Shown here: one piece after another, positions 1-10,676 of the stretch | How positions within the stretch are numbered: position 1 is the first letter of the stretch | How the letters are laid out: the number at the start of each line of letters is the position of its first letter | DNA from: Candidatus Thorarchaeota archaeon | GTDB lineage: Archaea; Asgardarchaeota; Thorarchaeia; Thorarchaeales; Thorarchaeaceae | Length of the DNA: 38,671 bases | Assembly (NCBI GenBank): GCA_029858305.1 | Contig: JAOUFI010000016.1 | Span: 1-38,671, forward strand | Direction: 5' to 3' | Made by a program: the position numbers and the translations under genes | Notes under the pieces: generated by a model | Database searches by the model: none | Seen by the model: the letters and a program-made list of their open reading frames with translations, nothing else | Told to the model about the DNA's origin: nothing

Positions 1-25
1 AGTACTTGTACATCTGGTTTGGGAA

Positions 26-520
26 ATGCCTTTACTTCATGAAAGACAAAGTAATACACTTCAGTCACTCAAATCCATAGTTAGCAAGGTCGTTGAGAAG
101 TTATTGATTGGAAACCGAAAGACAAGTGAAAATCTTGCTCACACTGCCTCCCAAGTGATGAGCTGGATTGAGAATAGCTTCTTTTCCGAAACTAGATTGG
201 AAATGCTATCTGAACGTATGCTTTCGCTTGGAATCAAGGCATTTGCATTAAACCAGCTGGAGGAGGCTGAAAATAGATTTCTTGATGCCATTCGCCTGAA
301 TCGTGACTCGGTGCTTCCTCGCTGGAATTTAGCGCGAGTATATGCATTGATGGGACTGACTGAGAAGTCTCTTCGCTGCTATGAGAGCCTCAGGGAATAT
401 CTAGTAATTCAATTTCTAAGGCGGAGTAAGCACTATATCAAGAGGATAGAGAGCGAAACACACTCTGTAAGGCTAGGTAACATGAAAGTAATTGCCAATC
501 CTGTTCATTCTATGCCGTGA
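26..520 (+). CDS. TPR-repeat-containing protein
   Basis: Helical ORF with TPR-like segments (LGIKAFALNQLEEAENRFLDAIRLN; WNLARVYALMGLTEKSLRCYE). Start is uncertain near the window edge. Confidence 0.6.
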   Translation: MPLLHERQSNTLQSLKSIVSKVVEKLLIGNRKTSENLAHTASQVMSWIENSFFSETRLEMLSERMLSLGIKAFALNQLEEAENRFLDAIRLNRDSVLPRWNLARVYALMGLTEKSLRCYESLREYLVIQFLRRSKHYIKRIESETHSVRLGNMKVIANPVHSMP

Positions 521-532
521 TTTCGTTCGGAC

Positions 533-544
533 AGAAACTTAAAT
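533..544 (+). promoter_or_regulatory. Putative archaeal BRE/TATA element (agaaacttaaat) for a leaderless transcript
   Basis: Purine-rich run followed by TTAAAT, ending about 25 nt upstream of ATG 569, which has no SD site. Confidence 0.4.
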
Positions 545-568
545 CATGGCTAGTATTATCAAATCGAT

Positions 569-1660
569 ATGAAGCTGCTACATACCGAACTCTGCGACAT
601 CGTTGGCATCAAACATCCGATTATGCAGGGTGGGATGGGACCCTATAAAACAGAATCACTTGCGATTGCTGTGGCCAATGCTGGTGCATTAGGCATCATT
701 AGCAGTATTGGCATGGCTGCGACCCTTCTTCCTGAGGCTGCGCCTGTTGACGCGATAAGGTTGTTTGGTTCAGATCCACCACCTGTGATTCTGCAGAAAT
801 CGATAGAAGCTGTCACAAAAGGAACTCGAACCTCCGGGGGCGTTTTCGGTGTGAATATACCTGTAGCTTCTGAGTTCATGTTAGCATCTGAGATGTTTGT
901 TAAACAGACGATAGAGTCATGCCAGTCAGATTCAGACACAGAACGCTCACTCAGGATCATTGTAACCTCAGCCGGGAATCCAAAACCATGGTCAGTGCTT
1001 AAGGAGGAGGGCTTCATATGGGCACATGTTGTGCCTTCAGTCTATCATGCTAAGAAGGCAGAACAAGCTGGAGCAGATATCATCGTGGCTTCAGGACATG
1101 AGGGCGGTGCACATGTTTCGTGGGAGCCGGTCCACTCCATGGTCTTAGTTCCAGCTGTCAGTAAAGCTGTAAAAACACCTGTCGTGGGAGCTGGTGGATT
1201 CTGCGATGGTGCGTCTCTTGCTGCAGCCCTCTGCCTCGGCGCTGTAGGCATTCAAATGGGAACTCGACTGATTGCAACACAGGAGAGCGACTTCGAACCA
1301 ATGTGGAAACAGGCCATTATTGAGAGAGAGGAACGGCGTACTCTTGTGGGAAGAGGTCTCTTTGGCCCAATGCGGTTCCTCCGTAATGCAAGAGCAGAGG
1401 ATATTGTGAAACGCACACTTGAAGACATTCCAGATTTCTTCCTTGGTGAACCATTAGATTCGAATGAGGAGATCTTGGAGCTAGAACGCTCTGGATTTGA
1501 TGATCTGATAGATGCAAAAGCGGATACAGCTCTCATGTTTGGAGGCGAGGTTGTCGGACGCATTGACGATTTACCTACGACATATGATCTCATTCAGAGA
1601 ATCATTGCAGAGGCTGTTGAAACTTTGAAAACAATACCCAAGAATGCTCTTCGAGAATGA
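569..1660 (+). CDS. Nitronate monooxygenase / FabK-like FMN TIM-barrel oxidoreductase
   Basis: Motifs HPIMQGGM, GHEGGAH, VVGAGG and GAVGIQMGTR. Confidence 0.85.
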   Translation: MKLLHTELCDIVGIKHPIMQGGMGPYKTESLAIAVANAGALGIISSIGMAATLLPEAAPVDAIRLFGSDPPPVILQKSIEAVTKGTRTSGGVFGVNIPVASEFMLASEMFVKQTIESCQSDSDTERSLRIIVTSAGNPKPWSVLKEEGFIWAHVVPSVYHAKKAEQAGADIIVASGHEGGAHVSWEPVHSMVLVPAVSKAVKTPVVGAGGFCDGASLAAALCLGAVGIQMGTRLIATQESDFEPMWKQAIIEREERRTLVGRGLFGPMRFLRNARAEDIVKRTLEDIPDFFLGEPLDSNEEILELERSGFDDLIDAKADTALMFGGEVVGRIDDLPTTYDLIQRIIAEAVETLKTIPKNALRE

Positions 1661-1743
1661 ATGTTATCCGGCAGAGCAAATAAGAGGAGGGACTATTACT
1701 AACCTAGCTATATTCATTGTGTTGTAATGTACTCGGAGGAGAG

Positions 1744-2925
1744 ATGAAATTGGTATGGTGGTTTTCTGTACCGAGGATTGTTTTTGGTGATGATGCACTC
1801 AGCGAGCTTGATCTTATTCAAGGCAAGAGAGCAATCATCATTACAGATAGGGTTGTCAACGGTCTAGGTCTAGCAGATAAGGTTTCGAACAAACTGTGTG
1901 AGAAACAGTGGTCAACAGCAATATGGGATGGAGCGATTCCTGATCCGAAGGTCTCAACGGTCAAAGAGGCTGCTGAAGCAATGAAGCATTTTGAAGCAGA
2001 CTGGATTATTGCTATCGGAGGTGGCAGTGTCATCGATACCGCAAAGGCAGCTTGGGTCCTTTACGAAAAGCCCAACGTTCAGTTGGATGCACTCACGCCC
2101 TTTGATGTACTTGGTCTTCGTGCCAAGGCCAAACTCATTTGTATCCCTACAACCACAGGGACAGGATCTGAAGCAACAAAGGCGATAGTTATCAGAGATG
2201 ATGAAACTGGTCGCAAATTCGCCACAATAAATCCCGAATTGACCCCCGATCTTGCACTTCTTGATCCAGCCTTTGTAGTGGGACTTCCAAAAGAACTCAC
2301 AGCTCACACTGGAATGGATGCACTGACTCATGCAATTGAGGGATATGTTTCCGTCTGGAAGAATGATTTCTCGGATGGATGCTCATTGCAGGCAGTGAAG
2401 ATGATATTCAAATGGTTACCAAAATCAGTTGAAGACCTATCAGACTTAGAAGCGCGAGAGAAGATGCTAGTAGCTGCATGCCTTGCAGGTATGTCTTTTG
2501 GCAATTCACAAGCTGCCCTTGCTCATTCGCTTGGACATAGCATGGGATCAGTATTGAGATTGCATCATGGACTATCTGTTGGGATGGCACTTCCATACAC
2601 AATAGAGTTCAACTGTAGGGATAACGAGGTTTGCGCCTCGCAGTACGCAGAGCTTGCAGGAATACTAGGTATTACGGGAAAAGATCATGTTAAGGTGTCA
2701 ATGAAGCTAGCAGAGGCAGTTAGAGACCTTATGGGCAAGGTTGGCAGTCCAAGGAGCTTTACTGAAGCGGGTGTTAAAAAGAATCAATTCGAGAAAGGAC
2801 TCGAGAAACTTGTTGAGTTCGCCATGATGGACTCCAGTCTAACAATGAATCCACGAAACACAGATAGTCATGAAATCCAAAAGATGTACGAATACATGTT
2901 CGAGGGGAAGATCATAGATTTCTGA
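1744..2925 (+). CDS. Iron-containing alcohol dehydrogenase
   Basis: GGGSVIDTAK, PTTTGTGSE, DALTHAIE and HSLGH...HG metal ligands. ATG 1744 follows a GGAGGA SD. Confidence 0.92.
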   Translation: MKLVWWFSVPRIVFGDDALSELDLIQGKRAIIITDRVVNGLGLADKVSNKLCEKQWSTAIWDGAIPDPKVSTVKEAAEAMKHFEADWIIAIGGGSVIDTAKAAWVLYEKPNVQLDALTPFDVLGLRAKAKLICIPTTTGTGSEATKAIVIRDDETGRKFATINPELTPDLALLDPAFVVGLPKELTAHTGMDALTHAIEGYVSVWKNDFSDGCSLQAVKMIFKWLPKSVEDLSDLEAREKMLVAACLAGMSFGNSQAALAHSLGHSMGSVLRLHHGLSVGMALPYTIEFNCRDNEVCASQYAELAGILGITGKDHVKVSMKLAEAVRDLMGKVGSPRSFTEAGVKKNQFEKGLEKLVEFAMMDSSLTMNPRNTDSHEIQKMYEYMFEGKIIDF

Positions 2926-2940
2926 GGGAGGCAAGTATGA

Positions 2941-4761
2941 ATGGTAGGCTATAGAGGAAAAATACTCCAAGTGAATCTAGATGATGGAGCAACAACGGTC
3001 AAATCGCTTGATGAGATTCTCTTGAAGCAGTTCATTGGTGGCGCAGGGCTTGGTACACGTCTACTCTATGACATGATCAATTCAAATACAGACCCACTGG
3101 GACCGGAAAATCCATTGATATTCATGACTGGGCCTTGTACAGGCACAGCTGTGCCGACAAGTGGTAAATCGACATTTTGTGCAAGGTCCCCCAAAACAGG
3201 TCTCTTGGGATATAGTACGGTAGGAGGCCACTTTGGAGCAGACCTGAAATTCGCTGGATATGATGGTATAATCATCACAGGAGTTTCCGAGGAGCCATGT
3301 TATCTACTAGTTGAAGATTCAGATATTGAGATACGTAATGCAAGACACCTCTGGGGTAAAGATACAGAACAGGTCTGGGACATACTCAAAAAAGAAACTA
3401 ATCATAAGACTGCGGGCATAGCTAGGATTGGTATTGCAGGAGAAAATCTGGTCAAGTATGCAAGTATAATTGTCGATCATCACAGAGCAGCTGGGCGAAC
3501 TGGGCTAGGTGCAGTAATGGGCGCAAAGAAGCTCAAGGCTATAGTCGTTCATGGATCCGATAGGAAGGTTCCAGTCGCTCATGAAGAAGAACTCCAGAGG
3601 TATACAAAAGAACTCAATGAAGATAGTAAGGAAGATCCGACCTTTAGAATGTACTCAGATCTTGGTACAGCAGGATATATAGACATGGCGAGTTTGATGT
3701 ATGGATCATTTCCTGCAGGATATTATACCGTTGGAGATTTTGACACCTACAATCTTAGTGGTACTACTGTAAAAGAAACCATTCTTGTTGGTAAGACTGC
3801 ATGCTTCCGATGCCCGATAGGTTGTGGTCGGGTCGTAGAAGTACCGTCTGGCAAGTACAAGATGAATAAGTTCGCCGGTCCAGAGTTGGAGGTCACCGGG
3901 ACTATGGGATCTCTTCTACTAAACAACAATGTGGAGTCGGTGGCCTATGCAAATATGATGTTTGATCTCTTTGGTATCGACACTATCTCTGGAGGCAATA
4001 CTATTGCTTTTGCATACTATCTATTCAAGGAAGGGAGAATAACAGCCAAGGATCTTGATGGTATTAGCCCCGAATGGGGAGAGATCGACTCTGCCCTAGC
4101 ATTCATAGAGAAGATAGCAAAGAGAGAGGGCATCGGAGACCTGATGGCGGAGGGCAGTTTCCAGTTCGGGAGCAAGTTTGGAGTTCAAGAGCTTGCAGCA
4201 CAAGTCAATGGACTCGAGCTACCTCAACACGATCCAAGAGGATTCTCAGGACTTGCAGCAGGTTATGCTACTTCGCCACGAGGGGCTTGTCATATGGCTG
4301 CTGATATGTACAATGTTCAGATGGGTCAACCTAACGAGGCATTTGGAATTGATAGTATGGATAGATTCGCAAACGAGGCGGATCTTGTTGCAAGACATCA
4401 AGATTTCAGATGCGTCACAAACTCAGCTGTCATCTGCAACTTCTATCCAGTGGATGGCGATAAAATGACTCGATTACTACGGTTGGTAACAGGCTGGGAT
4501 ATTTCTGTGGCAGATGTTGTGATGTCCGGAGAGAGAATATTCACATTAATGAGACTCCTTAATCTCAAGCTGGGGTATGATACTAAGAACGAGATTCTAC
4601 CCGAGTTGATATCAAGACCACTCGAGGGAGCCACAGAGGAGCATGTTCCTGATATTAATGAACATCTCAACAAATGGTATGAGACCCGTGGCTGGCGTAG
4701 AGATAGTGGAAGACCTCCCAATGATCGACTCAAAATACTTGGTCTTGAAAACCTGGTGTAG
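2941..4761 (+). CDS. aor: Tungsten-dependent aldehyde:ferredoxin oxidoreductase family protein
   Basis: GRTGLGAVMGAKKLKAI, CFRCPIGC, DTIS, HDPRG and RGACH motifs. Confidence 0.92.
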   Translation: MVGYRGKILQVNLDDGATTVKSLDEILLKQFIGGAGLGTRLLYDMINSNTDPLGPENPLIFMTGPCTGTAVPTSGKSTFCARSPKTGLLGYSTVGGHFGADLKFAGYDGIIITGVSEEPCYLLVEDSDIEIRNARHLWGKDTEQVWDILKKETNHKTAGIARIGIAGENLVKYASIIVDHHRAAGRTGLGAVMGAKKLKAIVVHGSDRKVPVAHEEELQRYTKELNEDSKEDPTFRMYSDLGTAGYIDMASLMYGSFPAGYYTVGDFDTYNLSGTTVKETILVGKTACFRCPIGCGRVVEVPSGKYKMNKFAGPELEVTGTMGSLLLNNNVESVAYANMMFDLFGIDTISGGNTIAFAYYLFKEGRITAKDLDGISPEWGEIDSALAFIEKIAKREGIGDLMAEGSFQFGSKFGVQELAAQVNGLELPQHDPRGFSGLAAGYATSPRGACHMAADMYNVQMGQPNEAFGIDSMDRFANEADLVARHQDFRCVTNSAVICNFYPVDGDKMTRLLRLVTGWDISVADVVMSGERIFTLMRLLNLKLGYDTKNEILPELISRPLEGATEEHVPDINEHLNKWYETRGWRRDSGRPPNDRLKILGLENLV

Positions 4762-4765
4762 CAGT

Positions 4766-6277
4766 TCAGAGCTTTGCTTTGGGTAAATCCTGCACGATGC
4801 TCTTGAGAAATTCATAGAGGATAGGGATATCTGATATCTTGACACGCTCATCTGGTGTGTGGGCGTTCTCTGCCGTTGGTCCGATGGATACCATCTGGAG
4901 ACCGGGGATCTTCGCACCAATTATACCACACTCAAGTCCGGCATGAATTGCTTCAATCTTTACCTCATGCTCGGTAGCTACTTCATAGTGTTTCTGAATG
5001 AATTTGAGAAAGGGACTATTCGGTTCTGGATTCCATCCAGGATACATAGGTTTCAGAATAGCTTCCCAACCTGAGAAATCTGCGATGTTAGTTAGCTGTG
5101 TTCTAAAGAATTCAAGCTCTGTGTTTACACTGCTTCTTGTGCTGAGAAGGACCTCGATAGTGGATCCTGAAGTCTTGATGATAGCTACATTGTTTGAGGT
5201 CTCCACTAGACCTTCGACATTAGCTGAGAAGCAGAGGGGACCATTAGGAATGATATTGACAGACGTGATGATTTTCTTTGACTCGTCAAGAGAGAACGCA
5301 GGTCTTGGATCTGATATGCTCCAATTGATGGAAATATCTGGCTCAAGAGGTGATGAACCTTTAGCGGCTTCTTTGTAGTATGACAAGATTTCAGACTGTG
5401 CTTGTTTTAGAAGCTCTTCTGCACGTATTGCCATATCCGACTCTACTGCAAACTTGACTCGAGACTCACGTGTTATTGCGTTATGCTTGCTACCACCATT
5501 CCACTCGCAAAGGTGAACATTCATCTCTTTCACAAGACCAGATAGCATTCTTGCTACGAGCTTGTTTGCATTGGCACGATGTTTGTCAATATCGACACCC
5601 GAGTGTCCACCAAAGAGCCCTGTGACCTCTAGATCAAAGAAGGTAGCATTACCAGTTACCTTCTTTGTTTGTAGATTTTTCGTCAGTATTGTGTCGCCAC
5701 CACCTGCTGAGCCAATAGTGATGACACCAAGTTTCTCGGAGTCCACATTGATCAAAAACTTGCTCGTTATTCCCATTGAGTCAGGTTCTATAGCAAATGC
5801 ACCAACTAGGCCAGTTTCTTCGTCAACAGTGATGAGGAGTTCTAGAGGCCCGGTTTTTATCTTCGGGTCGAGTAATAATGCCAAAGCCAATGCGACGCCA
5901 ATACCATTGTCTGCACCAAGAGTTGTCCCATCTGCGTCCACCCACTCACCATTATCTTGGATGCGTACAGGAATTGGATTCTTGCTAAAATCAAAGCCAG
6001 CCGCTCGGTTAGTTTCACAGACCATGTCCATATGACCTTGGAACAAGAGCGATGGAATAGATTCCATTCCTTTGGAACCATTCCTTCTGATAAGTAAATT
6101 ACCCGCAGTATCCTCAGCTATCTTTAAGTCAATACCTAGTGACTTTGCGCGTTCGGGAATCCATGTCTTCAATTTAGCCCGAATTTGTTCCTCTTTCTTA
6201 GATTCACGTGGTGTTGCAATGAACACCTTCTCAAAAATCTCCCATACGAGTCTTGGTTCTAGACGCTCAAGGACCAT
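4766..6277 (-). CDS. pepD: Aminoacyl-histidine dipeptidase (M20 family, PepD-like)
   Basis: QGHMDMV, TTLGADNGIG, DEETG, IHAGLECG and HTPDE motifs. Start placed at ATG 6277. Confidence 0.9.
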   Translation of the reverse strand: MVLERLEPRLVWEIFEKVFIATPRESKKEEQIRAKLKTWIPERAKSLGIDLKIAEDTAGNLLIRRNGSKGMESIPSLLFQGHMDMVCETNRAAGFDFSKNPIPVRIQDNGEWVDADGTTLGADNGIGVALALALLLDPKIKTGPLELLITVDEETGLVGAFAIEPDSMGITSKFLINVDSEKLGVITIGSAGGGDTILTKNLQTKKVTGNATFFDLEVTGLFGGHSGVDIDKHRANANKLVARMLSGLVKEMNVHLCEWNGGSKHNAITRESRVKFAVESDMAIRAEELLKQAQSEILSYYKEAAKGSSPLEPDISINWSISDPRPAFSLDESKKIITSVNIIPNGPLCFSANVEGLVETSNNVAIIKTSGSTIEVLLSTRSSVNTELEFFRTQLTNIADFSGWEAILKPMYPGWNPEPNSPFLKFIQKHYEVATEHEVKIEAIHAGLECGIIGAKIPGLQMVSIGPTAENAHTPDERVKISDIPILYEFLKSIVQDLPKAKL

Positions 6278-6397
6278 TGATAAGACCTCTCTCTGCAAGG
6301 TGAGAGTGTCCCTAACTTTAAGGTTTTGTCAAGGAACAGGCATCTTTTTGTCTTGGATAAGCTAGAACCAAAATCTGAGCTCAAGGAGTGAAATCAT

Positions 6398-7270
6398 GTG
6401 TTTTTCGATCCCGGCTTAACCGATGTCCTTCGTAATATCATGCCAGGTCTTGGAGACCTCTTCCTTATCATCACCGAGTTTGGGAGTGAGCTGGTATTTA
6501 TTGGAGTACTACTAACTCTCTATTGGGCGGTGAATAAGAAGGAGGCTATACTTGCCACCTATTTGCTTGTTTTCGCGCTTCTCTCAAACTACTGGTTAAA
6601 AATCATCATAGCAAAAGAGCGACCACCAGTGAGTAACTGGTATCCAGGCGCAGATGCTCCAAACTATAGTACTCCTAGTGGACATAGCCAGTCTTCTGCA
6701 TCTCTCTACGGATGGTTCACTATAAGAGTAAGAAAGTGGTGGATGGCCGTCATAGCAGTAACAATTACAGTACTGGTTGGTATTTCTAGAATTTACCTTG
6801 GCGTGCACTATCTTGGTGATGTATTATTAGGATGGGGAATTGGTATCATTACAGTGATAGCTTTTGTCTATCTAGAGAACCCGATGCGACAATTCTTCTC
6901 ACGATTCAAACAGGAGTACATCTTGATGTCACTCGTCATCATCGGATTTGTAATGACCTTGATTGCCTACCTTCTTCCTCAACCACCAAATGATAATTTT
7001 GGCGCAGTCGGAGGCTTGACAATGGGACTTGCTCTGGGTCTTGTTCTAGAGAACAGGTTCGTCGGATTCTCTGTTGAAGTACAAGAGGGAGAGAGATTGA
7101 AACTCGTTCTTCGTGTCATCATTGGGTTTGTCCTTGTATTTGGAGTGATGTTAGGTCTGGCACCAATACTTCCAACAGAAGAGATTTGGCTACGTGCCTT
7201 AAGATACATGTTAATTGCTCTCACAGGAGTCTTTGTCTGGCCAGCTATCTTCAAGAGAATGAATCTATAG
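6398..7270 (+). CDS. PAP2-superfamily membrane phosphatase
   Basis: KxxxxxxRP, PSGH and SRIYLGVH motifs plus multiple hydrophobic helices. Confidence 0.9.
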   Translation: MFFDPGLTDVLRNIMPGLGDLFLIITEFGSELVFIGVLLTLYWAVNKKEAILATYLLVFALLSNYWLKIIIAKERPPVSNWYPGADAPNYSTPSGHSQSSASLYGWFTIRVRKWWMAVIAVTITVLVGISRIYLGVHYLGDVLLGWGIGIITVIAFVYLENPMRQFFSRFKQEYILMSLVIIGFVMTLIAYLLPQPPNDNFGAVGGLTMGLALGLVLENRFVGFSVEVQEGERLKLVLRVIIGFVLVFGVMLGLAPILPTEEIWLRALRYMLIALTGVFVWPAIFKRMNL

Positions 7271-7371
7271 TGAAGGTCAACCTATCCTACGACTCTCAAA
7301 ATTTACTCCTTGGAGTTGCTCGACAGATTCAAGAGGTGGAGTGTCTAACTACCGAGAGGATGGTGAAACAC

Positions 7372-8091
7372 GTGAAAAAGGGAATCAGTACACCACTACT
7401 AACACCCCTATATCCAGGACCTCCGTATCACTATGTTGACGCGAAAGTCTTCCTTGCATTATTCAATCCAACTGAGGAATCAATAAGATCCTTGCTTCCA
7501 GCCCCATTACGACCATCACAGATGCCACTGGCTGGACTATTGTTTGGTGAACAACCGTGCAAGGAGGCAGGAACATTCATGGAATCAGGAATGCTTGTTC
7601 AATGCCTGTTCGACAATCCTGAAACAAAGGAGGAAGAAGTAGGGGTTTACTTTTGCTACAATTATGTAGATACTGATGTTGCTCAGGCAGCGGGTAGAGA
7701 GATCTGGGGATATCCACGAAAACGTGCAGAGATCTCGTTGGATTGGAAGAAAGACACTCTAGTCGCAACAACAAAGAGAAGTGGAACAACCATTCTCAAG
7801 GCAACATGTACGTTTAATGAAGATGGTGAATGGATCGATAGTGGGCCAAATATCAACATCAAAATGATACCAAGTGTCACAGGAAAGGGGTATGATCTAG
7901 CAGCAATTACTGCAGCATATCTAAAGTACGACATCAAAAAAGGGCGTTCAGGAGACGTAGAGGTTGAGATACAGAACGGTCCTGATGATGATTTCTCCAA
8001 GGTGAATATTGAGAGCAATATGATTGGACTCTACTTTGATTGTGATATTTTTCTACCAGCAGGCAAGATAGTTGGCACTGTTAAGTTATGA
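7372..8091 (+). CDS. Acetoacetate decarboxylase-like superfamily protein
   Basis: LLPAPLRP and AAGREIWGYPRK signature. Start is probably GTG 7372 after a GGTGA SD (alternative ATG 7360). Confidence 0.8.
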   Translation: MKKGISTPLLTPLYPGPPYHYVDAKVFLALFNPTEESIRSLLPAPLRPSQMPLAGLLFGEQPCKEAGTFMESGMLVQCLFDNPETKEEEVGVYFCYNYVDTDVAQAAGREIWGYPRKRAEISLDWKKDTLVATTKRSGTTILKATCTFNEDGEWIDSGPNINIKMIPSVTGKGYDLAAITAAYLKYDIKKGRSGDVEVEIQNGPDDDFSKVNIESNMIGLYFDCDIFLPAGKIVGTVKL

Positions 8092-9810
8092 TTATAGATA
8101 TTCTGATGCTTCAATCGTCTGAAGTCTCCGACCAGACTTGCCAACATAGCTACGCATGAGTTGAATACAGATTAAGGCAAAGAGGGGGACTACAAGATAA
8201 CTGTATAGCGGATTCAAAAAGATACCAATCCCCAGAATGGCTCCAATTCCGATGAATCCTATCATGTTGGGCAAGAGATGTGCCCTTGCCATTGCCCACA
8301 TGTTCCGAATAGGCATTTGCACAGCAGCACCACGCTGTCTGCTTATGTTTCTCTGCGCCTTGAAGTCGCCTCCGGTTGCAGCAGAGTAAGATGCAATTCC
8401 ACCAGCTGCGAGAGTTAGAAAGATACTAGAGATGAGTACCGCAGGGATATAGATCCATAGAGAGGGTTGAACAAAGATGACTAGCACTGAGGCAATTCCC
8501 GTGGCAATCATTGTAAAAGGAACAGCACTGAAGACCTTGCCTTTGACATAGTCAGTCAGACTGGCAGGAGCCAGCAGCAAATTCATGAGATTCTTGCCTT
8601 CATAGACCAACTCGTATCCTGCAAAATAAACCCCATAGGAAACTGCGAATGGAATCATTGCAGAAATTATGATGAAGGGAGCAAATGATACCATCATGCC
8701 ACCCGGTGCCAAGAAAATCAATAGGAACCATAAGACTGTACGCATGGGTCCAACAAGATAATTAGCCAATACACGGCCTTCACGCCTAACTGAAGCAGTG
8801 TTGTACCACATTGATACACTGGTGGTAGTAGTCATCTTCAGTAATGGAACGTCTGAAGGATTCCAGACAGTGTGAGCAATCTTTACCTCTCTTTTTGAGG
8901 ATCTCTTAGAACCACTAGCAAGCCAGCCACTATAGTGTGCAGTCTCACTTGCAATTGCATTTATGTAAATCAACAAAATCGATACCAGAACGAATAGGAC
9001 GGCAAGAAAGACGTCAACAAGATTGACGGGAAGACCTACAATGAGCCTTACTGTGACGGCATTCATTGCACCACCAGGACTAAAATCGGACGAGAGACCG
9101 ATTTGCCGGGCGAAATCCAGAATCACACTAAAGAATTGAGAAAAGCCTGAGTCTGTTGCGTAAAGGGAATAATAGTAAAACGTGCTAAAGATAATTGCCA
9201 ATGAGGTCCCCAGGAACCATCCAATTTGCTTGAGCCTTCTTCGACCTGCAAGGAATCGGGAGATGGACAAACCGATGAGTCCTCCTACAGCAACACCCAA
9301 TGTGACATTTCCAAGCAGCATCACAATGAAGATAGGAATGGACAGAATGGCAAAGGGAACAGGTGATGAGATAGCTAGTCCAATTACTATTGGTATTCCG
9401 ATGACCAGATAGATCAAGGAATTATAGAAGACCACAACTATGGTTTTCTCTAAGAATAGAGTTCTTAGTGAGATTGGCATACACATCATATACTCCATTT
9501 TGGAGGAGTTTGCCACGGTTGCTACGCTCACTGCGATTGACCCCATAAAAGAGATTATCACAGTAAAATTGAATATAGTGGCACCAAAGTCTATACCCGC
9601 AATAATAGCCGTTTGAAAGAAACTCCAGCCAAGGAGCTGGACCATAAAGATGATGACCCAGAGAATGATTACCGCAAAACTAGCTGCAGCCACATAACGA
9701 AACAAGCGTCGGAATGCGCTGCGTCGTTCTGACCTCTTCCCCTTAACATTTCTCACTCGTAGTATGCCGCCAAGGTCGTGCCTTATGAGGATAAGGAGGT
9801 CTTCAAGCAA
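8092..9810 (-). CDS. ABC exporter permease (ABC-2-like, multi-TM)
   Basis: Roughly 12-14 hydrophobic segments in two similar halves (MPIS..LFLEK; AP.S..YVKGK), 2 nt downstream of an ABC ATPase gene. Confidence 0.75.
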   Translation of the reverse strand: MLEDLLILIRHDLGGILRVRNVKGKRSERRSAFRRLFRYVAAASFAVIILWVIIFMVQLLGWSFFQTAIIAGIDFGATIFNFTVIISFMGSIAVSVATVANSSKMEYMMCMPISLRTLFLEKTIVVVFYNSLIYLVIGIPIVIGLAISSPVPFAILSIPIFIVMLLGNVTLGVAVGGLIGLSISRFLAGRRRLKQIGWFLGTSLAIIFSTFYYYSLYATDSGFSQFFSVILDFARQIGLSSDFSPGGAMNAVTVRLIVGLPVNLVDVFLAVLFVLVSILLIYINAIASETAHYSGWLASGSKRSSKREVKIAHTVWNPSDVPLLKMTTTTSVSMWYNTASVRREGRVLANYLVGPMRTVLWFLLIFLAPGGMMVSFAPFIIISAMIPFAVSYGVYFAGYELVYEGKNLMNLLLAPASLTDYVKGKVFSAVPFTMIATGIASVLVIFVQPSLWIYIPAVLISSIFLTLAAGGIASYSAATGGDFKAQRNISRQRGAAVQMPIRNMWAMARAHLLPNMIGFIGIGAILGIGIFLNPLYSYLVVPLFALICIQLMRSYVGKSGRRLQTIEASEYL

Positions 9811-9812
9811 CT

Positions 9813-10571
9813 CTATTCACCAAGAAAGTCTGCAATACGTTGCATATCAGGTCCACCAGTCAAGTCAAGGAAAATCTCCTCAAGGGACTCATGTCCTTTT
9901 GCTTTCACACGAAGCTCATTCATTGTGCCTTCAGCAATCATTGATCCCTTGTTGATAATACCAATGCGATCACACATACGTTCAGCAATCTCAAGAATGT
10001 GAGTACTCATGAGAATAGTATTACCCTTTTCACTGAGGCCTACGAGAATCTCTTTAATGGTAGCCGCACCACGAGGGTCAATTCCAGCTTGAAGCTCATC
10101 AAGAATTAGAATCTTCGGACTGTGAATCAGAGCAGCCACTAGACTGATTTTTCGAGCCATTCCCTTGGAGTATGTTTCGATGAGATCGTCACTTGCATCC
10201 TTAATGTCCAAAAGGGTTAGCAGCTCATCTATCTCTTCATCTCGCTCAGAGCCACGAGGCACTCTCCAGATATCACTCACATAGTTGATGTACTCCCATC
10301 CTGTCAATCTCTCAGGCAATACAGGCTCCTCAGGAACATAGCCCATTGACCGTTTTGCCTCCACTATATGAGTCTGCACATCAAATCCATTGATACGTGC
10401 TGTTCCCATAGTAGGCTTGAGTAGACCCAACAGCATTCTCATTGTGGTAGACTTTCCGGACCCGTTAGGTCCAAGCAATCCATAGATTTCACCAGGGTTC
10501 ACTGTAAAGGAAAGTTTATCGACTGCAGTGAATTCGCTGAACTGCTTTGTCAACTCGATTGCTTCTATCAT
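9813..10571 (-). CDS. ABC transporter ATP-binding protein
   Basis: Walker A GPNGSGKS, signature YSKGM, Walker B ILILDE and H-loop STH. Confidence 0.95.
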   Translation of the reverse strand: MIEAIELTKQFSEFTAVDKLSFTVNPGEIYGLLGPNGSGKSTTMRMLLGLLKPTMGTARINGFDVQTHIVEAKRSMGYVPEEPVLPERLTGWEYINYVSDIWRVPRGSERDEEIDELLTLLDIKDASDDLIETYSKGMARKISLVAALIHSPKILILDELQAGIDPRGAATIKEILVGLSEKGNTILMSTHILEIAERMCDRIGIINKGSMIAEGTMNELRVKAKGHESLEEIFLDLTGGPDMQRIADFLGE

Positions 10572-10676
10572 TAGTATCTGTGCGAGCTACCTTTCAAGCC
10601 GATTTATGTCTTAGCATATATGTTGAACAATTGCTATTGGGATACTATTATAAGAATCACAAAAATGCTCCAAAGT

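Noticed and set aside
7186-7371. N-terminal extension of the Adc-like ORF overlapping the PAP2 gene
   Set aside because: A better start with an SD lies at 7360/7372, and the extension has no family resemblance.
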